Origin: Oscillospiraceae bacterium
Lineage (GTDB): Bacteria > Bacillota > Clostridia > Oscillospirales > Ruminococcaceae
Length of the DNA: 64,000 nucleotides
Reading direction: 5' to 3'
NCBI GenBank assembly: GCA_021200565.1
Contig: JAJQGJ010000002.1
Location: 101,351-165,350 of the forward strand
Part shown: piece after piece, positions 1 to 8,410 of the stretch
Layout: every line of letters starts with the position of its first letter
How positions within the stretch are numbered: the stretch's first letter is position 1
Notes under the pieces: model-generated
What the model saw: the letters and a program-made list of their open reading frames with translations, nothing else
Told to the model about the DNA's origin: nothing
The model's database searches: none
Made by a program: the position numbers and the translations under genes

Positions 1-1021
1 ACTCGGCTTCGGTGCCCTCGTAATAGATGTCGGTGAGGTTCGGGCAATCGGAGAGTGAAAACTCGCCGATGGAGGTGACACTTTTCGGAATGGTGATACT
101 TGTAAGGGTTTCGCATTTTTCAAAGGCATCTGCATCTATCGTCGTGACGCCGTCGGGGATTTCGTAATCCGTACCGGATTTACCTAGAGGATAGCAGATG
201 AGCTCGGTTATGTCCTTGTCAAAGAGCACTCCGTCAACATCGGCATAGTTTGGGTTATTCTCATCAACCGTGATGCCGGTCAGGCTTTCGCAGTTGTAGA
301 AGGCATAGTCACCAATCTCGGTTACGCTTGCGGGAATTGTCATCTCTTTAAGGCTGTAGCAATGCGCAAATGCACCTTCTCCTATACTCGTAATCTTATC
401 CGAAATTTCGAATTCTTCAAGGCTTTTGCACATAGAGAACAAGTCCTCGGGTATCGCTGTAAAGTTGTCTGGAAGTGTGATAGATTTGAGACTTTCGCAG
501 CTCGCAAACGCATTCTCTTCAATTACAGTAACACTGTCGGGAACTGTAATTTCCTCTATTGCGTAACAGGCATAGAAAGCCGAATTGCCTATCCGTGTCA
601 CGCTGTCTGGAATTTCAACTTCAGTAAGATTCATGCACCAGTAGAAAGCATAGCTTCCTATAGAATCCACGCCGTCCTGGATTTCAACCGAATAGATGAA
701 CTTCCTGTCGTTGAACCACGGTGCGTCGCCGTATTCATAATCTACCGGCTCAAAATTCTCATAGAGAATCAGAACTCCATCTGTGTTCTGCTCCCATGTG
801 TCGTTATAGTTGCCATAGAAGAGATATGCCGTTCCGTCGCCGTTGTCGATTTTCTGATAGGCTGTTGTTGTGTATGGGGCGGCAGTAGCTCTGGTGGCTT
901 CGGTTGTGGCTTCTGTAGTAGCTTCCGTGGTGTTTTCCTGGGTTTCAGATTTATCCGCGCAGGCGGTCAGCAGAAGCATAAACGCTAACAGAAGGCAAAT
1001 CAGTGTTGATATTCTTTTCAT
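1..1021 (-). CDS. BspA-type leucine-rich-repeat surface lipoprotein (3' end beyond window start)
   Basis: The ORF is open at the window edge, so it is absent from the ORF track. The minus-strand ATG at 1019-1021 reads MKRISTLICLLLAFMLLLTAC (lipobox), then a TEATTEATTEAT linker. Repeated units of the type IPDSVT.IG..AF..C.SL..I follow, typical of BspA-like LRR proteins. The listed + ORF 362-988 is its antisense shadow. Confidence 0.75.
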   Translation of the reverse strand, partial: MKRISTLICLLLAFMLLLTACADKSETQENTTEATTEATTEATRATAAPYTTTAYQKIDNGDGTAYLFYGNYNDTWEQNTDGVLILYENFEPVDYEYGDAPWFNDRKFIYSVEIQDGVDSIGSYAFYWCMNLTEVEIPDSVTRIGNSAFYACYAIEEITVPDSVTVIEENAFASCESLKSITLPDNFTAIPEDLFSMCKSLEEFEISDKITSIGEGAFAHCYSLKEMTIPASVTEIGDYAFYNCESLTGITVDENNPNYADVDGVLFDKDITELICYPLGKSGTDYEIPDGVTTIDADAFEKCETLTSITIPKSVTSIGEFSLSDCPNLTDIYYEGTEAE

Positions 1022-1087
1022 AATTATTTCTCCATTCCCGCTTTTTCTATACTATACCACAGCCGTAATAAAATTTCAAGAACTTTA

Positions 1088-1115
1088 ATAAAAAGCCTCC
1101 CGGAATCGAGAGGCT
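1088..1115 (-). terminator. Intrinsic terminator downstream of the 1129-2292 gene
   Basis: Hairpin GCCTC-n10-GAGGC, followed on the minus strand by a T-run (the A-run at 1088-1094 on plus). Confidence 0.6.
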
Positions 1116-1128
1116 TTGCAATACTATG

Positions 1129-2292
1129 TTATTTCTTATCCGACCCTGACAGTCTCTGCTTTTCCTCTTCGAGGAGCTTGATGAGCTCGTCGATGCGGGA
1201 GGTGGTTGCCTGGGCGGGTTCGTTTGAATTCAGGGACCTTGCAACCTCGTCAAGCTTGCTAGTAGCCTCGGCTACTGTGGCTTCAGCGACTGTGGCTTCG
1301 GCTACTGTGGCTTCAGCGACTGTGGCTTCAGCGACTGTGGTTGCGGTAGCTGTCGGCGTTGGTGCAGGAGTCGGTGCTGATTTCTTAGCGGCAGGCTCGG
1401 TGTCGACAAGAGGACTCCAGAAGAACGGCTCTTCCTCGGGAGCTGTCTCCTCCTTCTTCGGAGTGCTGCTTCCGAATGAGAAGTCAAGATCGGAAAGGAG
1501 GCTGTCGCCGCTGTCGGTGTGAGAGTATTTAGGTGTGAAATCGTCGAAGGTGAAAAGCGGAGTGTCCTTGGGCTCTTCCCGCTTCTTCTCAGTGGTAAAT
1601 CCGAAATCAAGGGCGGAATCGTCCATGACTCTGGTCTCTGCATTCAGGAACTGATTGTTGCGGTTTTCACTGAAAGCACCGGCATCGCTGAAGCTTCTGC
1701 CGTCGGTGGGCTTCTCTTCCACGGAAGTCTTTTTCTTTTTCATCGAGATGATGAGCATGATGACCTCATAGAGAATCAGGAGCGCACAAGGAACTATCAC
1801 GATAACGAGCATGCCCACTTTTGAGGAGGCGAAGGTTATCACTCTTCCCATAAGCAGATCATACGATACGGCTCTTCCGATTATATCCTCAGCATCGACT
1901 GTCCACTGCTGGTCGGCAGAAGTGCTGTCATACTTGACGACATAGCTTGTAGTTACTGTTCCGTCCTCTGCGGTTGTCGACTGGGAGGCGACGTAGCCGA
2001 CAAGTGCGAGCTTGCCGTCAATATTGCATAGAATTACGTTGCCCTGACTTTCGGGGAGAGTTCCCTCCTCAACAAATACTGCTGCGCCCTGAGGGATTCT
2101 CGGCTCCATGCCGCTTCCGCTCATGATATATACACGTTTTCCGAACACCATAGGTGCGGAATTGGAATCCTTGAAAATTCCATACACGACAAATGTACTG
2201 ACTATTGCCAGAGCGAGGAGGATAACAACAACTATCCCCACAATCTGCAACGGCTTGCGCTTCTTAACGGTTTCCTGAAACATGATACCCAA
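1129..2292 (-). CDS. Membrane protein with an S26/SipW-like signal-peptidase domain and a long repeat-rich acidic tail
   Basis: An N-terminal TM helix is followed by the box MSGSGMEP, which resembles the SGSMEP catalytic-Ser motif of S26 peptidases. A second TM helix follows, then an Asp/Glu/Thr/Pro-rich tail containing (EATVA)x5. Confidence 0.5.
   Translation of the reverse strand: MGIMFQETVKKRKPLQIVGIVVVILLALAIVSTFVVYGIFKDSNSAPMVFGKRVYIMSGSGMEPRIPQGAAVFVEEGTLPESQGNVILCNIDGKLALVGYVASQSTTAEDGTVTTSYVVKYDSTSADQQWTVDAEDIIGRAVSYDLLMGRVITFASSKVGMLVIVIVPCALLILYEVIMLIISMKKKKTSVEEKPTDGRSFSDAGAFSENRNNQFLNAETRVMDDSALDFGFTTEKKREEPKDTPLFTFDDFTPKYSHTDSGDSLLSDLDFSFGSSTPKKEETAPEEEPFFWSPLVDTEPAAKKSAPTPAPTPTATATTVAEATVAEATVAEATVAEATVAEATSKLDEVARSLNSNEPAQATTSRIDELIKLLEEEKQRLSGSDKK
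1271..1340. repeat. 15-bp in-frame tandem repeat, about 4.7 copies
   Basis: The unit GCKACTGTGGCTTCR is repeated head to tail. It encodes the EATVA repeats of the 1129-2292 protein. Confidence 0.9.
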
Positions 2293-2411
2293 CCTTTCAA
2301 TCTATCTATCGGTGTGCAAATACGCTGTTAATTCGGCTATCACAGATAGTATATCACATTCGGCGGTCAATAGCAATTTGTTTTTTCAGAAAAGATGAAA
2401 AATTTTTTGCA

Positions 2412-2501
2412 CTCTCAGTCGGCTTCGCCGAGCTATTTTCGCCTCCGGCGAAAATAGCACCCCTCAGGCACTTCGTGCCAGCTCCCCTTGACAGGGGAGC
2501 C
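2412..2501. repeat. Intergenic repeat family A copy
   Basis: The core gcacccctcaggcacttcgtgccagctccccttgacaggggagcc is identical to the copy at 5487-5531. It is preceded by the hairpin cgg/ccg-aaaatagc module, which is also seen at 5447-5486. Confidence 0.9.
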
Positions 2502-2543
2502 ATAAGTGCACCTAACAAAAAAGTCTCCCGACAGAGGAGACTT

Positions 2544-2619
2544 TGGAGCTAGTAGTCGGACTCGAACCGACGACCTGCGCATTACGAATGCGCTGCTCTA
2601 CCAACTGAGCCATACTAGC
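2544..2619 (-). tRNA. tRNA-Thr (anticodon CGT)
   Basis: 76-nt cloverleaf on the minus strand: GCTAGTATGGCTCAGTTGGTAGAGCAGCGCATTCGTAATGCGCAGGTCGTCGGTTCGAGTCCGACTACTAGCTCCA. The anticodon loop is TTCGTAA and the CCA end is encoded. Confidence 0.93.
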
Positions 2620-2702
2620 GGATTGAGAACCTCATATATTATATACGTTGATTGCCGATTTGTCAACCAAATTCTCCGCAAAATTTTGGATTTCGCAGTT
2701 AT

Positions 2703-2786
2703 GGCTCCCCTGTCAAGGGGAGCTGGCACGCGAAGCGTGACTGAGAGGTGCGCCGACCAACGGGAGGCGCGTCGCCGCAGGCGACA
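2703..2786. repeat. Intergenic repeat family A copy, inverted relative to 2459-2501
   Basis: ggctcccctgtcaaggggagctggcacg... is the near reverse complement of the 2459-2501 core. Its tail gaggtgcgccgaccaacgggaggcgc resembles 5624-5650. Confidence 0.85.
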
Positions 2787-2830
2787 CTTGACATCCCACA
2801 CCAACAGGTCTATAATTAAGTGAGTTTGAT

Positions 2831-4051
2831 ATGAACAGGAGTACTGCACATTATGAATATCTTAAAAAGGCTTATTGCAGAGTGTTTCAGACCTGCCTCT
2901 GGATTGCTTTGCCGGTTCTTCCCTACAGGGAGCCGGAAATCATCAAAAGCATGCGGCTGATCCCGGAGACAATCAGGTCTAAAAATCTCACCCACCCGAT
3001 TATCATCACAGACAAGGGCATTATGAGCCTGGGGCTCGTGAACCCGCTTATCGACGCTCTTAACCAGGCAAAGATGCCTTATTCCCTCTATGACGGCACC
3101 GTTGCGAACCCCACAACCAGGAACGTTGCCGAGGCACTTGAGCTCTATAAAAAAGACAAGTGCGACTGCATTATCGGCTTTGGCGGCGGCTCGAGCATGG
3201 ACTGCGCAAAGGCTCTTGGAGCAAGATATGCCCGCCCGAAAAAGTCTCTCAATCAGATGAAAGGCATTTTAAAGGTCGGAAAGAAGATTCCACTTCTCAT
3301 CGCCGTCCCGACAACTGCCGGAACCGGAAGCGAAACCACTCTGGCGGCTGTTATTGTAGATAGTGAAACCCGCCACAAATACGCCATCAACGACTTCCCG
3401 CTCATTCCGAAGTATGCAGTACTCGATCCTGAAACGACGCTGAGCCTGCCGAAATCCATCACCGCTTCAACCGGAATGGACGCACTGACGCACGCTGTTG
3501 AAGCCTATATCGGGCGCTCCACCACCAAACAGACAAGACAGGAGGCTCTGAAAGCCGTCAAGCTTATCTTTGAGAACCTTGACACCGCCTATTCCGACGG
3601 CAAAAATATCGAGGCAAGAAGAAATATGCTGACAGCCTCCTACTATGCTGGCTGCGCTTTCACAAAATCCTACGTCGGATATGTTCACGCTGTCGCTCAC
3701 TCGTTGGGCGGAGAATATAACGTTCCGCATGGCTTGGCGAATGCGATTCTCCTGCCTCATATCTTGGAAGCCTACGGTCACACGATAGATAAGAAGCTCC
3801 ATAAGCTTGCGATTGCCGCAAACCTGGCGACTGCGGAAACTCCCGATGAAGAGGCGGCGAAAGCTTTCATCCAGGCTATCAAAGACATGAAGCTAAGATT
3901 TGGCATCGGCGACAAAATTCCAGAAATCAGGAAAGAGGACATTCCGAAGCTTGCCAAGTATGCCGACAAAGAGGGAAATCCACTCTATCCGGTACCGGTT
4001 CTGATGGATGCCCAGGAGCTCGAACGTTTCTACTATGAAGTGATGGAATAA
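2831..4051 (+). CDS. Iron-containing (group III) alcohol dehydrogenase
   Basis: 406 aa with the GFGGGSSMDCAKA glycine box, the PTTAGTGSE motif and metal-binding His motifs (HAVAHSLGG, PHGLANA). Confidence 0.88.
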   Translation: MNRSTAHYEYLKKAYCRVFQTCLWIALPVLPYREPEIIKSMRLIPETIRSKNLTHPIIITDKGIMSLGLVNPLIDALNQAKMPYSLYDGTVANPTTRNVAEALELYKKDKCDCIIGFGGGSSMDCAKALGARYARPKKSLNQMKGILKVGKKIPLLIAVPTTAGTGSETTLAAVIVDSETRHKYAINDFPLIPKYAVLDPETTLSLPKSITASTGMDALTHAVEAYIGRSTTKQTRQEALKAVKLIFENLDTAYSDGKNIEARRNMLTASYYAGCAFTKSYVGYVHAVAHSLGGEYNVPHGLANAILLPHILEAYGHTIDKKLHKLAIAANLATAETPDEEAAKAFIQAIKDMKLRFGIGDKIPEIRKEDIPKLAKYADKEGNPLYPVPVLMDAQELERFYYEVME

Positions 4052-4064
4052 GAAAGGACAGACT

Positions 4065-5444
4065 ATGGAAAAAACTGAAATCCAAAAGATTGTAGCCACT
4101 CAGCGGGAATACTTCATGTCCGGGAAGACCCTTGACGTGTCGGTCAGAATCTCCGCTCTCAAGGCTCTCAAAGTCAGCATCAAGAGGCACGAAGGCGAAA
4201 TCAACAAGGCTCTTGAGATGGATCTTGGAAAGGGCGCATTCGAATCGTATATGTGCGAGACAGGAATGGTCTTAAGCGAGCTGAGCCACATGCTCTCCCA
4301 CATCAAGGGCTATGCTAAAGAAAAGACGGTTGCGACTCCTCTGGCGCAGTTCCATGCACGTAGCTACAAAAAGCCGTCGCCCTATGGCGTCACGCTCATC
4401 ATGAGCCCGTGGAACTATCCATTCTTACTCACGATCTCCCCTCTTATCGACTCGATTGCAGCCGGTAACACCGCTGTTATCAAGCCTAGCGCATATTCGC
4501 CATATACCAGCGAGGTTATAAAGAACATTCTGCAAGAAGCATTTAATGAAGAGTATGTCGCCGTCGTCACCGGTGGAAGAGCTGAGAACACAACGCTTCT
4601 CGAGGAGCACTTTGACTACATCTTCTTCACCGGAAGCCAGGCTGTCGGACGTGAGGTTATGAGAAAAGCTTCGGAGCACTTAACGCCCGTAACCCTCGAG
4701 CTTGGCGGCAAAAGCCCCTGCATAGTTGACAAAACCGCAAACCTACGGCTTGCGGCGAAGAGAATTGTATTCGGAAAATATCTTAACTGCGGGCAGACCT
4801 GTGTCGCACCCGACTATATCTATTGCGACGCGTCCATAAAAGACAAGCTCCTTGACGAGCTCAGAATCCAGATCAAAAAGCAGTTCGGCACCTCGCCGCT
4901 CATCAATCAAGACTACGGCAAAATTATCAACGAGAAGCACTATAAGAGGCTTTTAGGTCTCATGGATATGTATAAAGTTGCCATCGGCGGAAGGTCTGAG
5001 GACGACACCCTGAGAATAGAACCGACTGTCATGGAAAACGTGACATTCGATGATAAGGTCATGCAGGAGGAAATCTTCGGTCCAATTCTCCCGATTCTTA
5101 CTTATGATACTCTCGACGAGGCTATCGCCCAGGTGAACAGCATGCCACATCCGCTTGCGCTCTACCTCTTCACGACGAACAAGAAGACTGTGAAGAGAGT
5201 GACCTCACAGATAGGCTATGGCGGAGGCTGCATCAACGACACCATCATTCATCTTGCCACAACCGAAATGGGCTTCGGCGGCTTCGGCGAAAGCGGCATG
5301 GGCGCATACCACGGCAAGACCGGCTTCGACACGTTCACCCACTACAAGAGCATTGTTGACAAGAAGCAGTGGATCGATTTGCCGATGAGGTATCAGCCGT
5401 ATAGGAAGGTTTATGAGAAGATGGTTAGGATGTTTATGAGGTAA
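4065..5444 (+). CDS. NAD(P)+-dependent aldehyde dehydrogenase (ALDH3-like)
   Basis: 459 aa with the ELGGKSP motif, the catalytic Cys context NCGQTCVAPDY and EEIFGPILP. It starts 13 nt after the ADH, so co-transcription is likely. Confidence 0.9.
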   Translation: MEKTEIQKIVATQREYFMSGKTLDVSVRISALKALKVSIKRHEGEINKALEMDLGKGAFESYMCETGMVLSELSHMLSHIKGYAKEKTVATPLAQFHARSYKKPSPYGVTLIMSPWNYPFLLTISPLIDSIAAGNTAVIKPSAYSPYTSEVIKNILQEAFNEEYVAVVTGGRAENTTLLEEHFDYIFFTGSQAVGREVMRKASEHLTPVTLELGGKSPCIVDKTANLRLAAKRIVFGKYLNCGQTCVAPDYIYCDASIKDKLLDELRIQIKKQFGTSPLINQDYGKIINEKHYKRLLGLMDMYKVAIGGRSEDDTLRIEPTVMENVTFDDKVMQEEIFGPILPILTYDTLDEAIAQVNSMPHPLALYLFTTNKKTVKRVTSQIGYGGGCINDTIIHLATTEMGFGGFGESGMGAYHGKTGFDTFTHYKSIVDKKQWIDLPMRYQPYRKVYEKMVRMFMR

Positions 5445-5446
5445 TT

Positions 5447-5531
5447 GTCGGCTTCGCCGACGCTATTTTCGGCGTTGCCGAAAATAGCACCCCTCAGGCA
5501 CTTCGTGCCAGCTCCCCTTGACAGGGGAGCC
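5447..5531. repeat. Intergenic repeat family A copy
   Basis: Near-identical to 2412-2501. It begins 2 nt after the ALDH stop codon. Confidence 0.9.
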
Positions 5532-5573
5532 TTTTTATATTCTTTCAAAGCCTTCTGTAAGAGGCAGTTAAAG

Positions 5574-5651
5574 CCTCCCCCTGTCAAGGGGAGGGGGACC
5601 GCCGGCGAAGCCGGTGGTGGAGGGGTGCGCCGACCAAAGGGAGGCGCACTG
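5574..5651. repeat. Intergenic repeat, family A-related second module
   Basis: The hairpin cctcccc-ctgtcaa-ggggagg is followed by ggtgcgccgaccaaagggaggcgcac, similar to 2745-2775. Confidence 0.75.
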
Positions 5652-5663
5652 CTGGAAGCGGCA

Positions 5664-6227
5664 TCAGAGCCCAAAATGCTCTTTAATCAGCTTCGCTGCC
5701 TCTTCTGGTGGCATGTTTGAATTGTCGATTCTGAGATAGTTTTCATAAATCCCGTCCATTTCGCCCGGATAACTCACCATGCGATAGTTTTTGTCGTCAT
5801 TGAGAAGACGGGCTTCGGAGGATTCCAAATCTCGCTTTGATGGCTTTGCCGCGAGGCGGGCTTCGGTTTTGTTGCGCTCGATTCTTATCTCAAGCGGAGC
5901 GTTCAGCTCGACAAAATAGACTTCAAGATCCTTGGCATTTTCCCGGCAGACTTCCTCGACGTGCCGAAGATATTCGTATTCCGACGGCAGATCGAAGGCG
6001 AACATGTAGGTGAAAATAAGCCCATACTTTCCGGACCTTGCATATTCACGGAAAACGACATCCCGGAATCCCTTGATGGCATCCCCGTTCCATTCGCCGA
6101 ATATTTCGAGTACCGGTTCGATGGTCATGTGGTTGTGGAAGAGCCGGAGGTCGGTTATTTTCATGAGCTCCCGCCCAACCGTCATCTTCCCGACTGCAGC
6201 ATCGCCGACAATAAATACAAGTTTCAT
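5664..6227 (-). CDS. P-loop NTPase / small-molecule-kinase-like ATPase
   Basis: 187 aa with the Walker A motif GDAAVGKMT at the N-terminus. Size and layout fit the AAA_33 / shikimate-kinase-like family. Confidence 0.6.
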   Translation of the reverse strand: MKLVFIVGDAAVGKMTVGRELMKITDLRLFHNHMTIEPVLEIFGEWNGDAIKGFRDVVFREYARSGKYGLIFTYMFAFDLPSEYEYLRHVEEVCRENAKDLEVYFVELNAPLEIRIERNKTEARLAAKPSKRDLESSEARLLNDDKNYRMVSYPGEMDGIYENYLRIDNSNMPPEEAAKLIKEHFGL

Positions 6228-6243
6228 ACTTTACCTCCGGTGG

Positions 6244-7203
6244 TTAATTCTGTCTGAACCCCGCTGCGTTCCACATATCGCAGCCTCTTTCTTCGACAAG
6301 CTCGAAGTCCCGGGCTTTCATAACCTCGAAAACCTCATCTTTTCTGTTATCTATTATTCCCGAAAGAATCAGCGTGCCGCCGGGTGCTATCAGCTCCTTG
6401 AAAACGTCCGCCATCGCAATCAGCACATCGGCAACAATGTTTGCTGTGATGAGACTGTAGCCGCCGGGGCGGGAAATCTTACTGACAAGCGGCTTATCCG
6501 TAGTGACATCGCCGCAGAGGGCGGTGTATTTTTCGTCCGGGATTCCATTCTTTCTGGCGTTTTCGTGAGAGGTTTTCGCAGCGTCTGCTGAAATGTCCAC
6601 AGCGACAGCTGTTCCTGCTCCAAGAAGCATCGCCGCAATGGAAATTATGCCGCTCCCGGCTCCTAAGTCACAGACGGTATCGCCGGTTTCAACGTACTTC
6701 TCCAAGAGCTCAAGACAAAGCCGGGTTGTGTGGTGCCTGCCGGTGCCGAAGCTGTTCTCGGGATCTAAGGTTATATTCACTCTGCCGGCGCTGTCGGGGA
6801 CTTCTTCCCAGGACGGAGTGATAATCAGCTTTTCGCCAATCTCCATCGGCTTCCAGAACCGCTTCCAGCTGTTTGCCCAGTCCTCGTCGGCAACGGTTCC
6901 GAAGCGCATCTCGAGGCTTCCGACGTCGGTTCTCGATTTGAGAGAATCTACTGCGCCTCTGACAGCTTCAAAGGCAGCCGGATCGTCTTTGTCTAAGTAG
7001 ACGGTGACAAAGGTGTCCTTCCCGCAGAGCTCCCAGACCTCCTCGCCGATATAATCCCAGCTTGCATTCTTGTTCCTCTCAAATTCCCTTATATCCTCCG
7101 GGTCGTTGATCATCAGCCCGTCGATTCCAGCAGCTATGAGCGCATTCGACAAAGGCTCAACGCCCTCATGAGTAGTGTATATTTTAATTTCAGTCCATTC
7201 CAA
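6244..7203 (-). CDS. prmA: Ribosomal protein L11 methyltransferase
   Basis: (M)EWTEIKIYT start, the FGTGRHHTTRLCLE motif and the SAM box DLGAGSGIISIAA. The likely start is the TTG at 7203, which has a GGAGG 8 nt upstream. The track start at 7218 lies inside that RBS. Confidence 0.9.
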   Translation of the reverse strand: MEWTEIKIYTTHEGVEPLSNALIAAGIDGLMINDPEDIREFERNKNASWDYIGEEVWELCGKDTFVTVYLDKDDPAAFEAVRGAVDSLKSRTDVGSLEMRFGTVADEDWANSWKRFWKPMEIGEKLIITPSWEEVPDSAGRVNITLDPENSFGTGRHHTTRLCLELLEKYVETGDTVCDLGAGSGIISIAAMLLGAGTAVAVDISADAAKTSHENARKNGIPDEKYTALCGDVTTDKPLVSKISRPGGYSLITANIVADVLIAMADVFKELIAPGGTLILSGIIDNRKDEVFEVMKARDFELVEERGCDMWNAAGFRQN

Positions 7204-7287
7204 AGCGGTGACCTCCAAAGTTTTTGATGATTAGAGTATAGCATGTTTTTAGGGAGAATGCAAGCGGCTCCCCCCACCTTCACTAAA

Positions 7288-7358
7288 TGTAGGGGCGGAT
7301 ATCATCCGCCCGAACAACATTGCGGTTACCATGCGGGCGGATAATATCCGCCCCTACA
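7288..7358. repeat. Intergenic repeat family C copy (palindromic)
   Basis: tgtaggggcggatatcatccgcccg...cgggcggataatatccgcccctaca. The termini are inverted repeats of each other. Confidence 0.9.
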
Positions 7359-7385
7359 AAAAAAGCCTCCCCTGAAACGGGGAGG
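7358..7385 (-). terminator. Intrinsic terminator after the ECF S-component gene
   Basis: Hairpin CCTCCCC-tgaaac-GGGGAGG, with a T7 run on the minus strand. Confidence 0.75.
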
Positions 7386-7391
7386 TTAAAC

Positions 7392-8102
7392 TTACAAATT
7401 TCCGAGCTTATACTCAATATACAGCACAAACGCCGCTATAGTTAAGATTACAAACGCCGCTATGCCTACAACTGCTTTCACATTCACCCTGCCGGTACCC
7501 TTTTCGGGGAGCTCCGGGTTCAGGATGCTTGAAAGTCCGGTGTGCTTAAGCGGAACTCTGAGGGCGAGATAAAGCGGCACCGAAACCGCAACAGCTATCA
7601 CTGCGTTTACGGAGGAAGTGATTAAGTTTGTTACCGTCGCGGTGACGGCGGTCTGAACCTCATAGCCTAAAATAATTTGAGTAAGATAAGTCTTTGCGAG
7701 ATACAAAACTATATAAGTAATCTGTCCTAAGATGCCGCTTATGAGAACGCCGGTGGTCTTGCCGAGGGTTGTGCCCTTGTAGCGGGTTCTGAAATATGAC
7801 GCCAGCTCTCCGCAGACATAGCCCATTGCGAATTTCGACAGGAACGTGAATGGCGCTGAGAAGATATATACAGGATCCAAGAGATCATAGAGCCCGGCGC
7901 CGATTCCGGATGCCAATCCCCCGCCGAAGCCGCCGAGGAGAAGACCCGACAGCAAGCACATCGAGTTGCCGAAGTGGATTCTCGTAATCAGCACGCCGTT
8001 CGGAATCTTTATCTGCAGATAGTTTCCGACAAAGCAGAGCGCCGCCATCATGCCGACCGACACCATAAAGTACAGTTTGTCATTTCTGGATTTAGTATTC
8101 AT
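7392..8102 (-). CDS. ECF transporter substrate-specific (S) component, substrate unknown
   Basis: A multi-TM protein with Gly-rich helices typical of S components. The preferred start is the ATG at 8102, which has GGAGG 9 nt upstream (MNTKSRNDKLYF...). The track start at 8156 lacks an RBS. Confidence 0.65.
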   Translation of the reverse strand: MNTKSRNDKLYFMVSVGMMAALCFVGNYLQIKIPNGVLITRIHFGNSMCLLSGLLLGGFGGGLASGIGAGLYDLLDPVYIFSAPFTFLSKFAMGYVCGELASYFRTRYKGTTLGKTTGVLISGILGQITYIVLYLAKTYLTQIILGYEVQTAVTATVTNLITSSVNAVIAVAVSVPLYLALRVPLKHTGLSSILNPELPEKGTGRVNVKAVVGIAAFVILTIAAFVLYIEYKLGNL

Positions 8103-8214
8103 AACCGAAAGCCTCCAATTAGTTTCTGTCAACAATTCTATGCTAATTGAATCCAAATTGCAAATCGGCTCGAAATTATGCTTAAGCTTCTAAATTGTGC
8201 AGATTGCATAGTTC

Positions 8215-8270
8215 TGAAAAGCAGAAATCTCCGTAATAGTTGATTTTTCACAACAAATTCCGGAGATTTC
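8215..8270 (-). promoter_or_regulatory. Terminator-like hairpin in the 5' leader of the S-component gene (possible attenuator or riboswitch expression platform)
   Basis: A 10-bp stem GAAATCTCCG/CGGAGATTTC is followed by TGCTTTTC on the minus strand. It lies about 110 nt upstream of the start codon. Confidence 0.4.
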
Positions 8271-8410
8271 GGGGTTGGTTTTTCTGGTTAAGAAAAGTTG
8301 CACAACACTCTAGCCTGTTTTGGGGCTTTAAAGTGGGCAATTTGCAAGAAAATTTGGGAGTTGACAAAAAGAGGCGTGCCTTATTGCAAGTTGCAAGTGT
8401 ACACGCCTCT

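Noticed and set aside
362-988. 208-aa plus-strand ORF at the left end of the window.
   Set aside because: It is antisense to a clearly repetitive LRR lipoprotein gene that is open at the window edge. Its translation is Cys/Phe/Arg-rich nonsense.
5411-5720. Track ORFs that translate the repeat families. Examples are 5411-5674, 5445-5720, 2506-2823, 15891-16424 (tail), 17598-17834, 25351-25671, 44113-44343, 44153-44374 and 44693-44911.
   Set aside because: They lie entirely in palindromic repeats and give the same pseudo-peptides on both strands (PLGELSAKxTERV, APLDRGA, VGADIIRP). They lack RBSs and recur at every repeat copy. They are artefacts of GC-rich repeats.
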